DNA of 64,000 nucleotides, from the NCBI GenBank assembly GCA_051003155.1, contig JBPCLO010000027.1, positions 37,014 through 101,013 on the forward strand. The letters are read 5' to 3'. This DNA comes from Fimbriimonadales bacterium. GTDB taxonomy: Bacteria; Armatimonadota; Fimbriimonadia; Fimbriimonadales; ATM1. The notes below the pieces were generated by a model. That model made no database searches. It was given only the letters and a program-made list of their open reading frames with translations, and was not told the origin of the DNA. Both the position numbers and the translations under genes were made by a program. Of this stretch, positions 39,175 through 49,652 are shown in pieces (position 1 is the first letter of the stretch; every line of letters begins with the position of its first letter).

Positions 39175-40073
39175 TTCGCTGACCGCTTTCGCCTATATGC
39201 GTCGATATGGTTCTTGATAATAAATATGGACTGTCTCGTGAACAGCATCGCTCGGGCCGCGACGAGGGCAAACGGGCGGAGCAGGGCATTCGTCTTTGGC
39301 AAATAATGCTTCCGGTAGAAAAGCATCATGCTCTCGTGAAACTGACGAATCATTCTGTTCGCGACTCGGTCCGTGCTGCGACCGATCGCATGGGTGATCA
39401 CCGCCTCCGGATAGTAAACGACGCGATAGCCTTTCTCATGTGCTCGGTAGCAAATGTCCACGTCCTCCAAATACATGAAAAACTGCTCGTCGAAGCCACC
39501 GTTTTGAATGTAAAGCCTCCTAGTCATCGTAAGCGCGGCTCCACTCACCCAATCCACATCGCGAGCCTCGCTGTGCGGCCAGTCGCTCATAAGGTAATCG
39601 CGCGTAAACCTGTTGTTCGGAAAAAGTTTTCCCAAGGGCGTGTTTCGGAAAAGCGCAGCCACAGGCGTCGGAAATCTGCGGCAACTCATCTGCAAGGTGC
39701 CCTCCGGATCGAGCAATTTGGGGCCGACGATCCCTATCGAAGCGTCGCTATCCATAAATCGGATTATTTTTTCGATCGCAGTTGCGTGCACGATCGTGTC
39801 CGAATTAAGAGCCATCAGCAACCGGGCGTCCGATTGGGCGAACGCGTAGTTGTGGCCCTTTCCGAACCCTAAGTTCTCGTGGAGAGCGAACATCCTAACC
39901 CAGCCAAACTCTTCCGCAACCATTTTCGCGCTGCCATCATCGCTGGCGTTATCTATGACAACGACCTCGAAACTTCCCTCCCCACGCGCCGCTTCGAGGC
40001 TCTGAAGACACACCCTTAAATCTGGGAGCGTGTTCCAACTGCAGATCGTGACGCTAAGGTCTATATCCTGCAT
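39171..40073 (-). CDS. glycosyltransferase family 2 (WbbL-like)
   Basis: IDNASDDGS, NLGFGKGHN, LNSD and FDEQFFMYLEDVD motifs. Confidence 0.9.
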   Translation of the reverse strand: MQDIDLSVTICSWNTLPDLRVCLQSLEAARGEGSFEVVVIDNASDDGSAKMVAEEFGWVRMFALHENLGFGKGHNYAFAQSDARLLMALNSDTIVHATAIEKIIRFMDSDASIGIVGPKLLDPEGTLQMSCRRFPTPVAALFRNTPLGKLFPNNRFTRDYLMSDWPHSEARDVDWVSGAALTMTRRLYIQNGGFDEQFFMYLEDVDICYRAHEKGYRVVYYPEAVITHAIGRSTDRVANRMIRQFHESMMLFYRKHYLPKTNALLRPFALVAARAMLFTRQSIFIIKNHIDAYRRKRSAK

Positions 40074-40911
40074 TCCATCCTCGCGCGCGAACAAGAGCGC
40101 CTAACCAAACGATTCCGCTGAACAGGACCAAGAGTGGCGTAGACCACCATGTCTGATACCATTTCCAATAATAACGAATCAGGCTCCTATGAGACTCCCA
40201 GATCATGGATTTCGGAATTTGCTTCGTGCTCGCGCCGCCGTGATGAATTAACTGAACTTCCGGCGAATACCAAATTGTCCATCCGGCGCTCTTCAGTCGA
40301 AACAAAATATCCACGTCGTTGAAAAAAATCGGAAATCTCTCATCCATAAGACCGACATCGTTCAACGCCGATTTCCTGAATAAAAGGAAACTGCCCATAG
40401 GCTGCTCGGCCTCACCTTCAAGCGAGTAGTCGAAGTCCAGTTGCCGGTAGCCGCCGAACTGCCTGGGCAGGACCTTCGCCAAGCCGAACATTTCCGGAAG
40501 GATCGCGCCAGGAGTCGGAAATCTGCGCATGCTATGCTGCACTGTCTTTTGGTTCGGCTCCAGCAGCTTTCCTGCCAAAACGCCGGCGCCTTTGCGCCCC
40601 TTCATGAAATCAACCGCAGTTTGCAGAGAGTCGTCGAAAAACTCCGTATCAGCGTTCAATGTCAGCTGCCATTCCCCCTTGGCCATGACGAATGCGATGT
40701 TGTTTCCCGCCGCATACCCGAGGTTCTTGTCTGAGGCTTCTAGCTCAACCCAAGGAAACTCGGCCCGCACCATCTCGGCCGAACCGTCTTTGCTCGCATT
40801 GTCGACGACCACGACCTGCAGTGGCGCGTTCGGCGGATGCTCCGCGATCGACCGCAGACATCGCTTCAGGTACTCGCACGTGTTCCAATTGACGATCAAG
40901 ATGCTGAGCAT
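40054..40911 (-). CDS. glycosyltransferase family 2 (WbbL-like)
   Basis: IVNWNT, VDNASKDGS, NLGYAAGNN and MDERFPIFFNDVD motifs. Confidence 0.9.
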   Translation of the reverse strand: MLSILIVNWNTCEYLKRCLRSIAEHPPNAPLQVVVVDNASKDGSAEMVRAEFPWVELEASDKNLGYAAGNNIAFVMAKGEWQLTLNADTEFFDDSLQTAVDFMKGRKGAGVLAGKLLEPNQKTVQHSMRRFPTPGAILPEMFGLAKVLPRQFGGYRQLDFDYSLEGEAEQPMGSFLLFRKSALNDVGLMDERFPIFFNDVDILFRLKSAGWTIWYSPEVQLIHHGGASTKQIPKSMIWESHRSLIRYYWKWYQTWWSTPLLVLFSGIVWLGALVRARGWNAGYRP

Positions 40912-41016
40912 GAAATCTGCGCGACGTTTGTAATGACTTTATACCGGGGTGCAACGATTGACGATAATTTGCGGCCTCCGAAAGGGATTCTCGAGCCCGT
41001 ATGCGAAGTATAAATC

Positions 41017-41814
41017 ATGCTGCGCTTCATGGGCGCTGCGTTGATCGCTTTAATGGGGTGTAACGCGACTGTGGAAAAGGTACAAAAGGGCGTGACACGA
41101 ATGGATGAAAAGAGGTCTGCAGCCAAAGCGGTCAAATCGGCCGAAGTTGAATTGAAGGCGTCGGACGGCAAGCGCGTAGTCGCTGACCTTTACACGACGG
41201 CCGGACGCTCGAGCGTGATCCTTCTGCTCTTCCACCAAGCTCGCTCGAGCGCCGCCGAGTACGCGCCAATCGCGCCGCGCCTCGTCGCCGAAGGCTACGA
41301 CTGCCTCGCCACCGACCAGCGATCGGGTGGCGACATGTATGAGCCCGCGAACCGCGTCGGTAGCCCCGGAGCACCCTACATGGCAGCGTATCCCGACATG
41401 CTCGGAGCGCTTGCGTGGGCTAAGGCGAAGGATTACAAAACGATCGTCGCCTGGGGAAGCAGCTACAGCGCGTCTCTGGCCATGAAACTGGCCACTCAGC
41501 ACGCGGAGGTCGATGCGGTACTCGCCTTTTCGCCCGGTGAGTATTTCGATGCGCTGACGACCGTGAAAAACTGGAACATGAAGGTTCAGGTTCCGACGTT
41601 CATGGCGATGACGCCCGAAGAAGGCGAAGAGGGCGGGCTGCTCCTTTACGAAGCGTCTTCACACTCTGAGGCGCGCAAGCACTCGGACATGTTCGTCTCT
41701 TTCCCTGACGGTGTTCACGGCTCGTCTACCCTTCGCGAGGACAAGAACCCCAAGAGCTACAAGAAATACTTCCAGGCAGCAATTAGTTTTTTGAAGGCGA
41801 ACGCTTCACCGTAA
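41017..41814 (+). CDS. alpha/beta-hydrolase-fold lipoprotein
   Basis: Lipobox LMGC; LFHQA, WGSSYSA nucleophile elbow, AFSPGEY and GVHGSS. Confidence 0.8.
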   Translation: MLRFMGAALIALMGCNATVEKVQKGVTRMDEKRSAAKAVKSAEVELKASDGKRVVADLYTTAGRSSVILLLFHQARSSAAEYAPIAPRLVAEGYDCLATDQRSGGDMYEPANRVGSPGAPYMAAYPDMLGALAWAKAKDYKTIVAWGSSYSASLAMKLATQHAEVDAVLAFSPGEYFDALTTVKNWNMKVQVPTFMAMTPEEGEEGGLLLYEASSHSEARKHSDMFVSFPDGVHGSSTLREDKNPKSYKKYFQAAISFLKANASP

Positions 41815-43375
41815 CCCGCAAGTACTCCTCACCCTTCATCGCCAAAAACGAGAAGGCCCCTGACGCGTCGATAGACGGGACGCCGGCCCATACGAGCGAA
41901 TCGTAACGCTTACCTTCGACACCCCCGATCACCGGGAACCATTTGTCGTCCCGTTTCGCCAACATGCACAGATTGCGGCTACCCGGATCGAAATCCATGA
42001 AACCCGAGTCGTCGAACTCGCCCCTGATCGCGCCGTCTTCGACAAGCACCACGCCTTTGCCTTTAGGCCCAACGCTGGCCAGCTTTTTGCTGTCGGGGCT
42101 AAACACAACCGCAACCTGATCACTATCGTAAGCTGGCCCTTTCACTCCGTCCACATACAGGGACCAGACTCCGCCTTCTCTTGCCACCACCGCCAGCCTG
42201 CGCCCATCGTGAGAAAACTGCGCAGTCCGAACAGCTTCGAATGATTTCGCTATTCCGTCGACCACGAGGTTTTCCCCGGCAAGCTTTCCCGAGTAGACGA
42301 GCCGCCGCCCGGCGGGTGCGAATCTCGGCCACATGCCCACGTCCGTATACTCTTGGCTGCGCTTCCCATCGTGGACAACGAAGCGCTTGAGACTCTTCTC
42401 AGCGACGAAGGCAGTCGACGATCCGTCGTGGCTGAACACGGGGTCGCTCACCCAGTCGAACACATCCCCCGCAACATCGTCGATCACGACGAACGATCCG
42501 GCCGCCTGACGAACCACGAAAACCACCTTTCCACCTGGGGTGAACTTGTAGCTGTTTTCCGATATGGGACCGTGACGCTTGCTCTCCTTGCCGTCGACGA
42601 CCAAGAAGCTGCCCGTGCCGTCGGACGCCCGGTGGAGCACGCGTTTGTAGTCTGGGCTGAAAACGATGTTATTGCCAACACCGTCGTACGGCCGGCTGGG
42701 TTTGCCGTCGATCCAAACCACCCACTTGTCGCCGACCTTCGCGACGTCGTAGGTTCTGCCGCCATCTCCGCCGAAATCGGGGTGCCCGTGGTAATCTGCC
42801 TCGGGTACCTCGACACCGTCGACGACGGCGAACGCCTTTCCACCACGGCTAGAACGGTAGAGCAATCGTTTGCTATCGGGACTGAACATCGGACGGAAGC
42901 TATCCACCGAGTCGAACCCCCGGCCCTCGACCCCGTCCGATACACAGAACTCTTGCTTGCCGCGAGTCGCGAAATATGCGAGCCGCTTGCCGTCGGGGCT
43001 AAAAGTCGGGGCGCCGATACTTATGTGGTCGTAGACCTTCCCTTCTCCGCCTTTCCGAACAACGACATACTTCGGGCCTTTCCGCGCAACATACGCGACG
43101 TCACGGCTGTCCGGACTGAAAGTGATCTGATCCTGAATACCCGCTTCGGTCAGCGCTGCGCGGGGGATCGAGTCGTAAAGCGTCCCGGGCACACCGTCGG
43201 CCACGACACACTCCTTTCCTCCTCGAACGTCGGTAAAGGCGATGTGATTTCCATCCGGGCTAACGGCGAAGCTGTACTTGGCCTGCCCCGGTGTCGTCAA
43301 CCCCAAGGAAACCTCGGTCGTCTGGACTTGCGCCTGACCGATCAGTAGTTGAAACAGAACGACCACCGCTATCAT
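41783..43375 (-). CDS. secreted TolB/PD40-like beta-propeller repeat protein
   Basis: Many FSPD(G/S)..LAY.A..G.K..VV.DG.EG..YD repeats; signal peptide from ATG 43375. Confidence 0.8.
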   Translation of the reverse strand: MIAVVVLFQLLIGQAQVQTTEVSLGLTTPGQAKYSFAVSPDGNHIAFTDVRGGKECVVADGVPGTLYDSIPRAALTEAGIQDQITFSPDSRDVAYVARKGPKYVVVRKGGEGKVYDHISIGAPTFSPDGKRLAYFATRGKQEFCVSDGVEGRGFDSVDSFRPMFSPDSKRLLYRSSRGGKAFAVVDGVEVPEADYHGHPDFGGDGGRTYDVAKVGDKWVVWIDGKPSRPYDGVGNNIVFSPDYKRVLHRASDGTGSFLVVDGKESKRHGPISENSYKFTPGGKVVFVVRQAAGSFVVIDDVAGDVFDWVSDPVFSHDGSSTAFVAEKSLKRFVVHDGKRSQEYTDVGMWPRFAPAGRRLVYSGKLAGENLVVDGIAKSFEAVRTAQFSHDGRRLAVVAREGGVWSLYVDGVKGPAYDSDQVAVVFSPDSKKLASVGPKGKGVVLVEDGAIRGEFDDSGFMDFDPGSRNLCMLAKRDDKWFPVIGGVEGKRYDSLVWAGVPSIDASGAFSFLAMKGEEYLRVTVKRSPSKN

Positions 43376-43447
43376 GACTCCATTATGCGCGAGCCGGTAA
43401 AATGTCCAAGCCGGCAGCAAATCGCTGCCATAGGAGGCATCTAGGTT

Positions 43448-43822
43448 ATGAAGAAATATATTGCTATCGGAGCAGCACTGCTCATCGCCGGAAGCATCAT
43501 CGGATGTAAGAAGGAAGACACCGACGCCGGCAAGGATCCGGGCGCGGTCGTCAAGGACACAATCGACGCGGCAACGCCAGACTTCAGCACAGACGCCACG
43601 CTCACCTCGACGGTCATCCCCGCCATCACCACGGCCATTTCCACCGCAGTGGGCACCGAAGGTGAAGTGACCGTAGAAGCCATGGACAAGGTCATCCACT
43701 TGAAGGGCACCGTCGCCAACAACGATCTAAAGCGCAGCGCTGAAACCGCAGCCAAGGATGCGCTCATGAAGATGAACGCCCCCGCCGAGGTCACGGTCAA
43801 CAACGCCTTGATGGTCAAGTAA
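43448..43822 (+). CDS. BON-domain lipoprotein
   Basis: Lipobox IIGC; VTVEA..KVIHLKGTV ... VNNALMVK. Confidence 0.75.
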   Translation: MKKYIAIGAALLIAGSIIGCKKEDTDAGKDPGAVVKDTIDAATPDFSTDATLTSTVIPAITTAISTAVGTEGEVTVEAMDKVIHLKGTVANNDLKRSAETAAKDALMKMNAPAEVTVNNALMVK

Positions 43823-43836
43823 GGAGGACAAGACAA

Positions 43837-44175
43837 ATGCCATACACGATCAACGGTTTAGAACAGACCATTCCCAACCCCCAGATGAAGGACGGGACGA
43901 CGTTCGTCCCACTTGCCGACGTTTCCGACACGCTTGGCGGCTATGTGGACTTCGACCATGAGAGCAAGACAGCCAATGTCGAGCTCGGCGCTAAGAAAGC
44001 AAAGGTGACAGCGAACGACATTTCCGTAGAATCCGGAGGTGCAACGATTTCGCTGCAGGCCGCTCCGTACATCGAGAACGACACCATGTGGGTCCCCGTC
44101 CGATTCTTCCAGCATGTCTTCGACTGCGAACTGAACGTGGACGGAGACAATGTTTCGATCAAGAGACCTTTGTAG
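43837..44175 (+). CDS. stand-alone copper amine oxidase N-terminal domain protein
   Basis: DGTTFVPL..VSDTLG and APYIENDTMWVPVRF motifs; AGGAGG SD. Confidence 0.8.
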   Translation: MPYTINGLEQTIPNPQMKDGTTFVPLADVSDTLGGYVDFDHESKTANVELGAKKAKVTANDISVESGGATISLQAAPYIENDTMWVPVRFFQHVFDCELNVDGDNVSIKRPL

Positions 44176-44184
44176 GCTCGTCCT

Positions 44185-44220
44185 AATGCCGCGGGTGTCT
44201 TCCATGGAACCCGCGGCATT
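44185..44220 (+). terminator. stem-loop after the BON/CuAO-N operon
   Basis: AATGCCGCGGGT ... ACCCGCGGCATT is a perfect 12-bp stem, but the U tract is weak. Confidence 0.55.
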
Positions 44221-44261
44221 CTCGTACCTGGCCGAAGCACAACTCAAAGGCGGAACCGAAT

Positions 44262-45128
44262 GTGTCTGAACGCATGCTTCTGAAATCGATCAATTACTGG
44301 TCCATGCCGGGCGGCCTCGAGGGGACGCTCGAAGTAGTCGAGTTCATGCGCCTCGCGAAGGAGCACCGCTTCGAGGCGGTCGAGCTCGCCATCGGCGAGT
44401 CCGGAGCGCTCGGGCTCGACACCGACGAAGCCAAATGCCGCGCCATCCTGGCCGAGGCCGAAAAGATCGGAATCCAGGTCGCAAGCGTCGCCAGCGGGCT
44501 CTACTGGAATCGATCGCTCGGAGATGTTGACGAGCGGGCCTGCTCGCAGGCCCTGGAAGAACTGAAGAAGATGCTCCAAATCACGTCCTGGCTCGGATGC
44601 AAAACCCTCCTCACGATCCCGGGCTCCGTCGACGTTTTCTTCATGCCGGAACGTGCCCCGCTGCTCTACGCGCACGTGTGGCGATATGCCCAAGAGGGCC
44701 TGAAGGCAGCGCTTCCAACCGCCGAGGCGTGCGAAGTGCGCATGGGCATCGAGAACGTTTGGAACAAGTTCCTCATGAGCCCGATCGAAGTCGCGACGTT
44801 CATCGACCAATTCCAAAGCCCCTGGGTCGGCGCCTACGTCGACGTCGGCAACGTCCTCGCCTTCGGATACCCGCAACAATGGCTCAGGGTCCTTGGCAAA
44901 CGGGTCGTGGGTATCCACTTCAAAGACTACCGCAAAAACGTCGGAACTGTCGACGGTTTCGTCGACCTCTTAGAAGGCGACGTGGATTGGCCGGAGGTGA
45001 TGTCTGCGGTCGCCGAGATCGGATACGAGGGCCCGATCGCGGCTGAAATGATCCCCGGCTACAAACACCACCCGATGGTGCGCATCGCAAACACCTCGAA
45101 CGCGATGGACGCGATCCTGGCCCGATAG
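44262..45128 (+). CDS. sugar phosphate isomerase/epimerase (hexulose/ribulose-phosphate epimerase-like)
   Basis: IENVWNKFLMSP, YVDVGN, IHFKD and LLEGDVDW motifs. Confidence 0.88.
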   Translation: MSERMLLKSINYWSMPGGLEGTLEVVEFMRLAKEHRFEAVELAIGESGALGLDTDEAKCRAILAEAEKIGIQVASVASGLYWNRSLGDVDERACSQALEELKKMLQITSWLGCKTLLTIPGSVDVFFMPERAPLLYAHVWRYAQEGLKAALPTAEACEVRMGIENVWNKFLMSPIEVATFIDQFQSPWVGAYVDVGNVLAFGYPQQWLRVLGKRVVGIHFKDYRKNVGTVDGFVDLLEGDVDWPEVMSAVAEIGYEGPIAAEMIPGYKHHPMVRIANTSNAMDAILAR

Positions 45129-45224
45129 TCCTCGATACCGAATTGTCCGTGCGCCGTTCGTGCAAAATCCCATCATCATTGTAGCAAGAGTGCAATTGAA
45201 ATAACAAAGAAATAGGTGGGAACA

Positions 45225-45847
45225 ATGAGGACTTCGTTTCTCGTTACCTACGCGCTAGCGCTTTCTTGCGCCGCTTCCGCGCAAATTTGGACCGAAGAGG
45301 GGGACGCCGGTATGCTGCCGGGTACCGCTCAATTTACGATTGGTTCGGGCCCACTTACTCAGATCGATGGCAACTTGGCGCCGACCGACATCGATCTCTA
45401 CACCATCATGGTCGTGAACATCGCGAAGTTCTCGGCGACGAAGACGGGAACCGGATCCGAGTACGTGCAGCTCATGCTTTTCCAGATGGACGGAATGGGC
45501 GTCACGCTCTATTCGACCGTCCCTGGTGGGGAGTCGCACATAGCGGTCATCACCGGACAGTTCGTCGATGCCAAGGGCCAGTACTTGCTAGGCATTTCCT
45601 ATTGGAACAACGACCCCCGGAGTTCGAGCGGCAATATCTGGCTAAGCGACCCATACTATGAAGAACGTGAACCGGACGGCCTCGGAGCCGCTGATCCCCT
45701 CGTGAAGTGGGAGCTCAACGACAAACCGGAATTCGATTACTCGATCGTCTTGACCGGTACCGAGTACTCCGGCGTTCCCGAGCCCGGAACGATGATCTGT
45801 CTCGCGGCGGCCTAGTGGGCCTTGTTGCCCGACGACGAAGGCGATAG
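45225..45847 (+). CDS. PEP-CTERM protein with a 1-nt frameshift in its anchor
   Basis: Signal peptide; VPEPGTMICLAA then TAG at 45813-45815. The alternate frame continues GLVGLVARRRRR to TAG 45845-45847. Confidence 0.75.
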
Positions 45848-45942
45848 AGCAGCCGCACTTAATCGTGTAAATGGAAATCCGCTTCTTTCAAGGCGGGTTT
45901 CCATTTCCAATCTATGAGCCTCGACTTGTGCCATAACCGAGG

Positions 45943-46581
45943 ATGCTTCGATTCGTAGGCACATCGTTCACGGCCGCGCTGCTGCTCGCGGGCGCAAATT
46001 CTCAATTCCCGGGGATGATGGATCCCGAGGCGATGTTCACATCGCCCTTTATGCTGATCCAAAACCCCGACGTCCAGAAGGCAATCAAGCTCGACAAAGC
46101 GCAAAAGGCTGAGCTCAAGATGATCCAAGACGAACTCGGGGCCCTCAGCAAGAGAGCGCAAAGCGGAGCCCAAGACCCCGCGGCAGCGATGGGGTTCATG
46201 AAGGAATTCGACAAGTTTCAGGAGGACGCAGGCAACCGCATGATCGCGACGATGGACCCGGTCCAAAAGCAGCGGTTCGGCGAAATTAGAATTCAAGTCC
46301 GCGGCGCCACAGCGCTCGCTGATCCTGCCGTCCAAGCCGACCTTGGGTTCGCCGAAGAACAAAGAGCCGCGGTATCGGAGCACATGCGCGCCGAGCGCAA
46401 AGGCATGATGGACAACCTCCAACAAACCAAAACCCGAAACAAGTGGAAGAAGGAACGTCCCCTTCGCGACGCAGGCCTGTTGAAAATCCTCACTCCAGAA
46501 CAGTCCGCCAAGTTCGCCCAAATGTACGGCTCCGTCTTCAAAGCCGCGAAGAAAATCCGCAAAGGCGCGGGCATAGAGTAG
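45943..46581 (+). CDS. exported helical protein (Spy/CpxP LTxxQ-like)
   Basis: Signal peptide; repeated PDVQKAIKL..AQ / DPAVQADLG..EEQ and ILTPEQ motifs. Confidence 0.6.
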   Translation: MLRFVGTSFTAALLLAGANSQFPGMMDPEAMFTSPFMLIQNPDVQKAIKLDKAQKAELKMIQDELGALSKRAQSGAQDPAAAMGFMKEFDKFQEDAGNRMIATMDPVQKQRFGEIRIQVRGATALADPAVQADLGFAEEQRAAVSEHMRAERKGMMDNLQQTKTRNKWKKERPLRDAGLLKILTPEQSAKFAQMYGSVFKAAKKIRKGAGIE

Positions 46582-46608
46582 CCTCCCACCGAGCCTCTCG
46601 TTCTGAAC

Positions 46609-46681
46609 CCCTTTCCTCTGTTTTCGCGACAAATACTCCCGCCAGCCGCCATCAGTCATCGCGAGTAAATGGAGGAAAGGG
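46609..46681. repeat. long imperfect inverted repeat (REP-like extragenic palindrome)
   Basis: CCCTTTCCTC-TGTTT-TCGCGA ... TCGCGA-GTAAAT-GGAGGAAAGGG. Confidence 0.5.
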
Positions 46682-46824
46682 CAGGGGATGGAGCCAGCGT
46701 GCCCCAACAACACCTTAACAATGAGCACAGCCGCGCCCGAACCATCCGAGCGACTTACAGCGTAATTGCGGATACGGCTCAAAAGAGCATTGGCCGACCT
46801 TATCCTTGGGAGGACCACCCACAA

Positions 46825-47326
46825 ATGAACATCACAATCCTCGGCGCAATTGCCGCCGCAACCCTTTTGGCTTCCCCCGATCGATTCGGGCCTGGGCCGT
46901 CGGAGAAGCTACGACTCCGTTCCACCCTACCCATGTGTCCGGCCCCGATAAGGGCACCAAAAACTGCCCGCCCTGCACCTACGGCAATCGCCCCGCGGTC
47001 CAGGTTTGGGTGAACGGCGACGACATGAAGATCGTCAACTCGATCGCCAAGCTCCTACACGAGTCCGTCGAAGCCAACAAAGCCGCAGAGCTCAAGGGCT
47101 ATTTGTAATCTTTGTCGACGGCCAGGCCGAGGCGAAACGCTCGCCAAAGAAACGGGCTACGAGGACATCGCCGCCTACAAGATCAACGTCGACCCCGAGG
47201 TCAAGAACACGATCCTCGTCTATAAGGACAAGAAGGTATCCGCCAAGTTCGTGAATCTCGTCGCCGACGGAGAAGGGCCTCGCGGAGCTTTCCGGGGCTA
47301 TCAGATCCATCGCTAACTCAGACTGA
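46825..47326 (+). pseudogene. exported thioredoxin-like protein with CPPC motif, multiply frameshifted
   Basis: Pieces lie in different frames: MNITILGAIAAATLLASP / VGEATTPFHPTHVSGPDKGTKNCPPCTYG / IAAYKINVDPEVKNTILVYKDKKV. Confidence 0.65.
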
Positions 47327-47404
47327 AGACGGAGGCCTGGAGACCGCGTCGCTCTCGGACTCCAAGCTTCGCTATCTTTCGCATACACTACGCTTGCCTT
47401 TTTC

Positions 47405-48312
47405 CTAGTGTAGAGACATTTCAGAATGGTACTCCACGCCCACCGTGCCGACGTTGCTAGAAAGCCAGGTCTTCAAGGATGTTCGGTCAATAGGTGGCTC
47501 ATCTGATTCTAAGAAGTCCGCCATAAGACCGCGCACTTCGTCCCAAGTGACAATCCTATCGCGGACGGGCGGACCGATAATCAAAGATGCAAGGTAAAAC
47601 AAGCGCGGCGGTACTCTGAATATGCGTGCCCTGAGCCGATTGTTTGTTTTATCAGCTTTACCATGTCGACGAAAGAGTACGTCTCGGGTCCGACCGCATC
47701 GCAAACGATCGATTCCTCGGTCCCCTTTCGACGTGCTCAAGCATCAAGGCAGCGTAATCTTCGGTAGCCATGAGCTGGATCCTATACCTGCCGTCACCTG
47801 CACCGAAGAACCGGGGCGAGTGCCGGGCCAGCCATGTGATGTTGTTGGTCAGTATGTCTTCCTTTCCAAAGAACACTGTAGGTCTCAGAAGCGTGTGAGG
47901 AATTCCGCTATCCTTGAACGCAAGCTCGACGCTCGCCTTCCCCCTGTAATAACCGAATGGCGAGTCGGCGGACGGATTGGCGATGCTCGTATGGACGATC
48001 CGCCGAACACCGGCAACCTTTGCAAGCAGAGAACAGGGCTGTTGAGTTTTCCGCTGCGCGCTCGTACGTCATTTCGCCCCGTGGATACCGTATGCAATAA
48101 GTGTTGTAAAGCGTTCGAGCGCCACCCATAGCCTCGGCCATTGCGTCCACGTTGTCAAAGGAAAAACAGACGAGGTTCCACCTATCTAGAAAATCGTTCG
48201 CGCGCGAAGTGTCGTTTGTGAAGCCAACGACGTGCTCACCGTCCTCGATTAAGGGCTTTGCTAGGTACTTGCCGGTAAATGACAATGGCCCGGTTACGAC
48301 TGCATCGGGCAT
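47405..48312 (-). pseudogene. NAD-dependent epimerase / NDUFA9-like SDR, multiply frameshifted
   Basis: AVVTGPLSFTGKYL, LYNTY, FGKEDILTNNITW and TWDEVRGLMA are split across several frames. Confidence 0.75.
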
Positions 48313-48407
48313 GAAGCTTATCGTTCATTATAATGTGGACCCTCGTTGCCGCATGGAGCTAATGAATGATAGCATCATGCATCTTAGCCCTTCCAATTGA
48401 CGTGGCG

Positions 48408-49637
48408 CTATTTCGAGACCAGAACCACCCCGCGCCGCTCCTCCTTGCCGCGCGCTTTGAGCACCGTCGTCGCGAACACCGCGTAGAGTGCGAGCACGAT
48501 GAGGATCGAAGGGCCAAGCGCCGGCCAGCCGAACTGCATCCAGATCGCGACGACCACGAAGTTGAGCGCAGCCAACGGGAGGAGGTACTTCCAGCCGAGC
48601 GTCATCAACTGGTCGTACCGCAGGCGTGGCAGAGTCGCGCGCAGCCATACATAAAAGGTCAAACCGAGGACGAGCTTGCCGATGAACCAGAACGGCGCAA
48701 GAATCGGCAGGTCGATAAAGCTGAAGAGGCGGGCGAGCGGAGGGGGCGAGTTCTGGACCAAGTACTCAAAATTCAGCGGCACGAGGTTCCAACCGCCGAG
48801 GAACATAACGGCGAAGACGCCCGAGAACGCCATCATCGTCGCGTACTCGCCCATGAAAAACACGGCGAACTTCATCGACGAGTACTCGGTGTGGAAGCCC
48901 GCGATCAGCTCCGACTCCGCCTCGGGAAGATCGAACGGCGCGCGGTTGGTCTCTGCAACCATGCATATGAGAAACACGACGCCCGCCACGAGGCCGAACG
49001 GCGTGAAGATGAACCAAGTCTGCAGCCACGGAATCTCCCCGAATATAGGGAGGAAAGGTGGCTGCTCCTGAGCCGCGACGACCTCGGTCATCCTGAGCGA
49101 CCCCGTCGCCAAGATCACGCATCCGAGCGCGACGCCCATCGCGAGCTCATAGCTCACCAACTGGGCCGCGCTCCGCAGCGCACCGAGAAGCGAATACTTG
49201 TTGTTTGACGCCCAGCCCGCAAGGAACACTCCATAGACGCCGAGCGACGAAATCGCGAGGACGTAGAGAATCCCGATATCGACGTCGGCGATCGGAGTGA
49301 ACCTGGGGTCGGGCCCCCAAGGCAGCGTCGCCCAAATCGCGAACGCCGGGAACAATGCGATCGCAGGCGCGATAACGAAAATGAAGCGGTCGACGTTCGA
49401 AGGCGTGACGTCTTCTTTGAAAAAGAGCTTGATCCCGTCGGCGATCGGCTGCAAAAGCCCGAACGGCCCCACGCGGTTCGGCCCGATCCGGTCCTGCATC
49501 CAGCTAAGAAGCCGCCGCTCCCACCAGATAATCCCCGGAACGATCGAAAGTATGAAAATCAGGATGATGCCGACGCGCAGCAGAATCCACCAAATGGAGT
49601 CTTGAAAAGCGACGGGGGTTTGCGCCAAGAGGTCCAT
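48408..49637 (-). CDS. nuoH: NADH-quinone oxidoreductase subunit H
   Basis: QDRIGPNRVGPFGLLQPIADGIK, AETNRAPFDLPEAESEL and RATLPRLRYDQLM motifs. Confidence 0.96.
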   Translation of the reverse strand: MDLLAQTPVAFQDSIWWILLRVGIILIFILSIVPGIIWWERRLLSWMQDRIGPNRVGPFGLLQPIADGIKLFFKEDVTPSNVDRFIFVIAPAIALFPAFAIWATLPWGPDPRFTPIADVDIGILYVLAISSLGVYGVFLAGWASNNKYSLLGALRSAAQLVSYELAMGVALGCVILATGSLRMTEVVAAQEQPPFLPIFGEIPWLQTWFIFTPFGLVAGVVFLICMVAETNRAPFDLPEAESELIAGFHTEYSSMKFAVFFMGEYATMMAFSGVFAVMFLGGWNLVPLNFEYLVQNSPPPLARLFSFIDLPILAPFWFIGKLVLGLTFYVWLRATLPRLRYDQLMTLGWKYLLPLAALNFVVVAIWMQFGWPALGPSILIVLALYAVFATTVLKARGKEERRGVVLVSK

Positions 49638-49652
49638 TCTTCGAAGCCGAGT

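Noticed and set aside
41783..43375. Repetitive DNA that could suggest a DGR or array
   Set aside because: The repeats are degenerate protein-level beta-propeller blades; no reverse transcriptase or TR/VR pair was seen.
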